A program made the position numbers and the translations under genes. From the NCBI GenBank assembly GCA_000934665.2, contig KZ538256.1, forward strand, positions 62,001 to 91,714: a stretch of DNA of 29,714 bases, written 5' to 3'. The notes under the pieces are model-generated. The model saw only the letters and a program-made list of their open reading frames with translations. It had not been told where the DNA came from and did not search any database. The DNA comes from Catajapyx aquilonaris. Its lineage: Eukaryota. Below, one piece after another: positions 23,001 to 29,714 of this stretch (positions within the stretch are counted from its first letter, which is position 1; every line of letters begins with the position of its first letter).

Positions 23001-24180
23001 ACTGCCTATACCCATACACAGTATTTTTTTTCTATGTTAGAGCCAGCTATGTCCCATTTTAAAAAAAATGGCTGGATCACCATGATTCAGTATTTGGTGA
23101 CAGCTAAGATTGAGACTCATGCCAAGAACTAGGATTACTCTAGATGGGAGCACTTAGGCGTGATAGTGGGTACGTTTTGTTACTTTCTTACGAGGCATAT
23201 ACAAGGTGCTCCGACTGAATAACCCGCTTATGCCAATATTTAGCTAGTCGGAACACCTTTTACATACCTACATGAATGCCGAGCCATCCCAATCAAATCA
23301 GCTAACACAACAGACTATTTGGCCACACATATGATCAGTGTCGGCATGTTCCCTTCAAAAGTTTGTGTACAACTAGCCGGGGAAAAAACACTGTGTATGA
23401 GGAGACTCACGGAGAGTCATTCAGCAGCGTTGTTCCCCTGAGGTTTCAACTGGCTTTCATCTCCTGCACGGCTCAAAGAGGTCGATTATTGCGACACAAC
23501 TCAATGCCGCCCACTTGCTTCCTCCACTCGCGATTTTTTTTTTTTTTGTGCCCCGCATTGCATTCAAATTTGGGAACATCCCCCTCGCGGCCTATGTGTG
23601 GAGAACAAAAGTTCTCAAAATGATTGACAAATTAAATTATTGTCGGCAGCCAAGAGTCCACAAAGTTTCGGAGCACAGGCACAATGCAATTAGAGTCGCA
23701 GTAGCTTTCCGCGGTTTAGAGTTAGATCGCTCTATTTGGTGTCAAGGACAATGTTGTCCGATTATTACGAATCTGCAGCTTTAATCTGCAACATTTCACC
23801 AACATCAGCGTCATGGCATCACAAAAAAAAAGAGAGAGAACGTGGCCGCCTAAGGTAAGAAAAATTCCAAATTCCGCCCGCGTCTCCGAATTGGCCGAAA
23901 TGCTTTCTTGGCACCTTACAGTTGTAGACACACATCTCCACGGAATTCCACTGCACATTGCGATCCGACATGCCCGCATTCCGCTTCCCCACTTTTCGCA
24001 AACTACCACTTAAAATGCCTTCCCAAGCTCCTTCGCCCGCGGTTTAGCCACCCCGAGTTACGCATTCAGGTAAATCGTCATGCTCTACACACACACAGTT
24101 GTAATAAAGAACCCCACCCTTAGACCCCTCCAGGGTACATCCTCAAATATTTGTTTCCAGGTTAGATTTCGATTTTTTAA

Positions 24181-24216
24181 CCCCCCCCCCNNNNNNNNNN
24201 NNNAAAAAAAAAAAAC
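24181..24216. other. Poly-C / poly-A tract with assembly gap (13 N)
   Basis: N run at 24191-24203 between C10 and an A run. Confidence 0.95.
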
Positions 24217-27200
24217 AAACAAAAAGCGCTGGATTTTTTCCACGTGCACTCTCGCAGGAGCAACAATACCCCTGCCTACGAGGCACGGGTGAGTCGGCAA
24301 GCACCATTGCACCGAGATGAGATTGAGCTCATGGGGTGGCCTTGCACACTGCGGTTGGTTGCTGACCCTTCCAACCAAACCCGGGGATCGAACAGGGCGC
24401 CAAGTACTACCCACGGGAAGTCATCAATTACTACTCTTTCCCCGAAAAGGAGCATTTCCAACCCATTTATCAGCCCCAACGCCAATCGTGCCTCACATCT
24501 TAAAAAGCGTTCGAATATAACGCTGTTGTTTTTTTCACCCCTGCAGAGAACCAAAAAATGCTTTCAAGGCAAAAACTTCGATAATGAACCATTTTTTGGG
24601 GGGTGGAAAAATATACTATATATAGTAAAATCATAACTGGCTGCGGGGAATTGCATGGAATTTCTACAAAGGAAGTGGAGTTACTTTGATATAAAATGCA
24701 GTTTCAGAAGTTTTCATGATTATATAGTTACTTGCACGACATGGCAAAAGGAGCGAAATGTTCCGGGCCGACTTTGAAACTCCGTATATATTCTATATCG
24801 GATCCTTTCCATTATCCAGAAGTGTTGAAATGTAAGTTTTGTCAAAGTTTCTCAAAACTTTCCCTCAAGTTACGGTTAGTATCGACATCAAGTAATGGCA
24901 TTACTTGTCTCCGGTACGTGATATCCCTACTCAAAAACTTCTCGCAATTTTTTTAAAAAAAACCCATCACGTCCTGTGTCAATGGCTATTTAAAGACCCA
25001 CCTTTAATCGCGCAACGATAAATTAAGATTACACGTGGTGACTTGATACATCACTATGTTCTCGCCTGCCCTATTGGTCGAACCCCATTACCGATACGAT
25101 TCTCTCTTCTTTTTTTTACTGGCCCCCAACAAATTGCAAGGCTATTCACATCCGACACACTGACCGCCCGCGCAATAAATTTCAATAACTCTCTCCCCGG
25201 ATAGCCCGGTAACGCATGCACAAACGACCGGCAACTTGGCAACAAGTATTTGTTCGCATGAGCCTGCCCACTGAATCATTACAATGCATTTGTCGATCTG
25301 ACCTCTCGTCCCAATTTATTCATTCCCCTAAAGGCACTTCTTTTCCAATTGTATTTCTACAACAAATCAGCACTCTCCCAAAATATACGAATATGTTCGA
25401 TTGTCCAAAGTGTCACACCGCCAGATAATCCATTTGCCTTGTTCTCCCTTTACGCCCGCAAAATCCTCCCTTTGAGCGCCAATATGCAATAAAAACGTTT
25501 TTTTTAACGCGCATAAAACGCGCTTTTACCGTCCCCGTACATTTTAACACCATCGGTCACCTTTCATCATCCCGTGTAAATAAAGTCACCATCCCCCCGA
25601 TTAAAAACCGGTCCTCGTCATGAATCCCGGCTGATGCCAACATGTCACCCAAGCTATCCATCACGCCTTTCCTTCAATAAGCGACCAAACCCATTCATCT
25701 CTAATTCTGCACCCCCAATTACACGCCACATTCACCCAGTGACATCGTTATCACGCCTGCTCAAAAATCACGCGCACCACAAACCGGAGGAAGCACGTGG
25801 GCGGCCCTCGTTGCGAAAATCTGGCCGCAAACCCTCTCCGCAGTCGGCCGGCGCGACTAAACAGACCCCGGCACCCCTTTTGCCTCTTTGGTCCTAAACC
25901 GCCCCCACCCTCGCCCCATCCTATACCCAGCCTCACACACACCCAACCCCACCCCCTCGCGCAGGCGATTCGACTGCCTACTAGCTTTTCCCCCAAAATC
26001 CCCTCGCAACTCCTTTTCCCTGACTACACAATTAGGAGCCGGGGGGTATACAGTATGCCCCCCTGTGGTTTACCGCATGGAACTAATATGAGACCCTTGG
26101 CAACAATGTCGAAAAAGGTGGTCCAACTTGGCCCAGGTCATGAGGAACAATAGGCTAATGAGGAACACCTAAAGGCATGATCTAGCCAAAAAAAATACCA
26201 AACTTTTCCATTTCATTTTATGCACAAAAAAATATCAGCATGAAGACAAATCGCTATTAGCGTTGAATCACTGCTGAAATCACTCTGTTTGATGAACTTG
26301 TTACCAGCCAGGTAGTTTAGCCAAATTGCATTACATCAAATTTGGCCATTTTCTTTTCACCTACAAATAGTAAGCAGGTCGCAAATCGCTTTAACAGCAA
26401 CTTCAGCAAATCAGGGTGGTCCACTCGGTGCTTTAAAAATCGAAAATCCCTTATCGCCAACCTGCATCCTGCCCTAAAATCCCCACAACCTCCCAAAATT
26501 ACTGGAGGGGCCATCCCTTCATTACCACCCGGATCGACACGTGGCAAATTTTTGCGATTTCTGGCCCCCCTGTCGAAACTCGATATTCAGCAACCAAGGA
26601 AAAAAAGAACAGGCAGTGGGGCCCCCCTAGTTGGCGATCGTTATTTCCGGAAGCTTCGTGGCTACCACCAAAGTCATCAAGGTTCAACCACCTCTCATGA
26701 TCGAAGCTGAATGAATAACCAGAACCTGCAGCCCCCGCGATGCCCAGGAGAGAAACCGTCCAAGAAAATAGAATTTGATGGCGAACAGGACATTTGTCTA
26801 AAATGACATCTTAACCCCCCGTCTGGCCTGGGTTTGACAATGACAGTTAATCGAGCCGATCTGGCCAAAATCGAATTCTGTTTGGAAAATCCGTTTACCT
26901 CGTTAATCACTAAATCTGCCCGTTTCATTAATTCCCTTTGTCCTCTTTTAATAAACGGCATCGATTGTGTGGCTCTGCCGCGCACAACCATTTTCCGCGA
27001 AATCCCTGCGACTTTAGGCCAGGCATCCGTTTCAATCTCTGTGTTCCGCTTTACTGCTCCAGACTTAAGGCAAATTGCTTACGACTTCCAACCATAAAAA
27101 AGTTTGAAAGTTCGCATTAAGAGCCCAAGGTAACAGGTGTGGAGTGTGCAATACCGCACCGCGACAAATAATTGCGGCAAAATGGAGAAACCAAATCCGG

Positions 27201-27434
27201 TGGCACACGTGGGGCTTCTCCTGCAAGCCATCTAACTCTATCCTTTCTATTTAATGTATCCGTGGGAAGCTCCGTCTCTCCTTTCAGCCGGTCGACCCCT
27301 GAAGGCACTTTTCTCTCATCTTCTGCTTCTGTTATATCCCTGTCCCCTCAAGTGACTCCGGGATCCATCTGGAACCTCCTGGGTTCCGAGGGGTGAGCAA
27401 TTTTATTTTAACTCCAGGGTCCTGTGCGATGCTG

Positions 27435-27485
27435 CCCCCCCNNNNNNNNNNNNNNCCCCCCCCCCCCAAAAAAAAAAAAAAAAAA
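27435..27485. other. Poly-C / poly-A tract with assembly gap (14 N)
   Basis: N run at 27442-27455 inside a C homopolymer followed by an A run. Confidence 0.95.
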
Positions 27486-29714
27486 CGAGATCGAACGTCC
27501 GTCGCGAAGAAGGACACGGCCTTTGGCTCCTCACCAACTACTCCAACGGTACACGATCCTCCGCAGTCTATTATCCACTCCCAGTCGCCCAGTATTAGGC
27601 GAAAGTGCTATCCGGATATATCCCATGAAGCCCTTAGCTGCGATCAAACAGGGGCAGGGACCGAAATTCGCTCTTAAAACTTTGACATTTCCTTTCACTG
27701 ACAGTGAGTATCAAAAAATATCAAGCGTACATGGTACACACTGCCAAATTCTATCGATTTTTGCCACAGAAAAAAAAAACCCTCTTCTACCCAATTTGGT
27801 TGTAGCCATGGCATAAACCTTAGGGTGTTCCTGCAGTGCGAAACCGGCACTTTCCCTCTGGACCGGCCCAGAAAATTTGCATCCTGGCGAGGAGATAGCG
27901 TGTGCAGGTGACGCGTTACAACTCGGCGGTGACGAATTGACATTCAGCCGGATTTGCTGGGTTTGAACCGAAAAAGATTGTCTGGAGGTCCAGGATTTTC
28001 GAGTCTATTGTTCTGCCTATCCTAATGGAATCAGTTGATGAACTAGCTTTCTGCCGCTTCATCACTCGAAGAGCATATACGAAAGGCGAAGCTAAGCTGG
28101 GGGGGATGTATCGCAACTAGCAATTATGAAATACAAAGCGCTTCCATCAGCATCCCATATCTGGCGCGGAGATATCTCAAACTTGGGAGTCGGCATTAAT
28201 GCTGATTCGCACTTCCATTATTGCAAATGGGTCGAATCCCCAAGAGATACCCCGCAATTCTGCGAAGTGAACTGCAATCATCGTACCTTGCACTCGGTTT
28301 GATATCACAAAGACTCAATTTACCGGAGCAAAAACTATGTGCCATCACCCAGGAATGGATTTTGGGTTTTCATGTCCCCCTCAGGTGCTGTCCAATGACC
28401 ACAAATCATATAAGCTCATGCTGTTAATCACCTTCTGATCAGAAACCCGCTATCTTCACTGTCACATGTTTGTGGTATGAACCCCCGCCCCATTTATCGC
28501 CCTCCCCCCAAAAAAGATAGCATTTGTGTGCGTTTGCAGTAGGTGGCAGATGTGCCAGCTCAGCATCCCCCCCCCCCCTTCCAATTTCCAATTCCATCAA
28601 GTGTGGGCTAATTACCAATGTAATTAGCCCTGTGCTTCATTTCCGTCATTACCGTGTCCGATGAGGGCATGAGACCGCGGCATCACCGACACCTCCTCCT
28701 TCATCACCCTCCCCTGCAAGAAACGTGGGGGGCAATGTCAACTGCCTCATAAGCCTCCGTTACCGAGCGTAACATCCGGAAGTCAATCACCCCACCAAAA
28801 ACCTCTGGCAACATTTGGCGCCAGCAATTTTGAGCCAACAGCACTCGAGGTCTGATTGGTCCCCGGGCTGTCAAATGTCACCCCGGTTCTTCCCCCTATG
28901 CTCCATTTTTTTAGCACGCGCTGTACGCAAATGTGGCCAAAGTGGAGGCCCTTTTTACGGATATTTACTGCAGGCTTCATCAATGGCGCGTATATACCAT
29001 CCCAACTCACACCCCCGCCAATGCACTTCTGGGCGGGTAATTACTCTCGTAATTACGTGCCAAAAAGGGTTGGGGAGAGGACACCTTCCATCATCGTGTG
29101 AAATATTTGTGTCCCTCGCAGGATGTTATAAATCGGCGGTCCACGTGGAATGAACTAACAATCGTAATAGGTGTTAAGCAGTGATTGGCTGCGGTTGTGT
29201 ACTATCACGGTCAAAAAGATTGTCGGACTGTTATGGAATCGTCCGCGACTTTTTCTCCCGCCAATCAGTGTGCCAGGTGCAGGTGATTTGGGCGAGTGCC
29301 GTCGACAGCTTTCCTCCCGCGACCTTATGACACGTGCTCGAATTTTCATCGGTGGGGGGGAGGGGGGGGTGCTGATTAGGCGAGGAAGGGGCGATGGTGG
29401 GAGTATTTTGGGTGGTGGTAAGCGGGGAGGGGGGAGAGAGAGATAAACACGTGTGAATGCAAGGCAGATAGTAGCTGCATTTTGAGAATTGTCAATGCAA
29501 GGTCATTCCTCCCTCTTTTAAACAAGCAATATGGGCCTTGGCGCGTGTCCTTGAGCTAGAGGTGGCCTTTTTGGGATGATTACGCGTTTATCTGTCGTCT
29601 TTCGCAATTTTGAACTCTTTTTTTGCTTCAATTAGGTAATTCATATTAGTTCCCAAAACACAAAAAATGAAATGAAACCTTATTCTTAATGCTCGTTTGC
29701 GAGAAAATGGGCGT

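Larger units (their letters stand above)
9180..29714 (-). other. CASK: Probable CASK intron upstream of the L27 exon (continues beyond the window end)
   Basis: Ends at the AG acceptor (9181-9180). The expected L27N exon (VLDSLEDI...LHxLL) and CaMK-like exons were not found by eye. A-runs and C-runs appear to dominate the + strand (U/G-rich sense strand), as expected for a minus-strand intron. Confidence 0.55.

Noticed and set aside
120..29446. The many 60-160 aa ORFs in the six-frame track
   Set aside because: They are short, overlap in all frames, are often low-complexity or use non-ATG starts, and show no recognisable domains, as expected for intronic DNA. Only 8847..9080(-) overlaps a real exon.
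1..29714. CRISPR array, phage/defence system, or transposase/reverse transcriptase coding sequence
   Set aside because: No regularly spaced direct repeats, and no long ORFs or DDE/RT motifs were seen. The window is spliceosomal-intron-containing animal DNA.

Overview
This is eukaryotic (animal, most likely invertebrate) genomic DNA, not prokaryotic: there are no operons, CRISPR arrays, rRNA or recognisable tRNA, and nearly all ORFs in the track look spurious. The one clearly recognisable coding segment is a 171-nt, phase 0/0 spliced exon on the minus strand (9009-9179). It encodes LYDRISSRALSPVRAPPSEGVQRCREVLESLREVDLDPAASEDLEELRDLLSRPHLR, which matches the L27N-end/L27C region of the MAGUK scaffold CASK (LIN-2/camguk). 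I could not find the neighbouring CASK exons, so the rest of the window is probably two large introns (>9 kb and >20 kb). These contain a young 235-bp Tc1/mariner-type MITE (96-bp TIRs, TA duplication), an old ~360-bp foldback palindrome, several smaller hairpins, microsatellites, poly-C tracts with assembly gaps and a cluster of CTCF-like motifs. The most interesting non-obvious signal is a branch point + polypyrimidine tract + CAG|GTATGT at 1894-1927 on the CASK strand, a candidate recursive splice site (ratchet point). I see no convincing evidence of a wholly new biological system; the findings are testable hypotheses about splicing, RNA structure and regulation of a long-intron gene.
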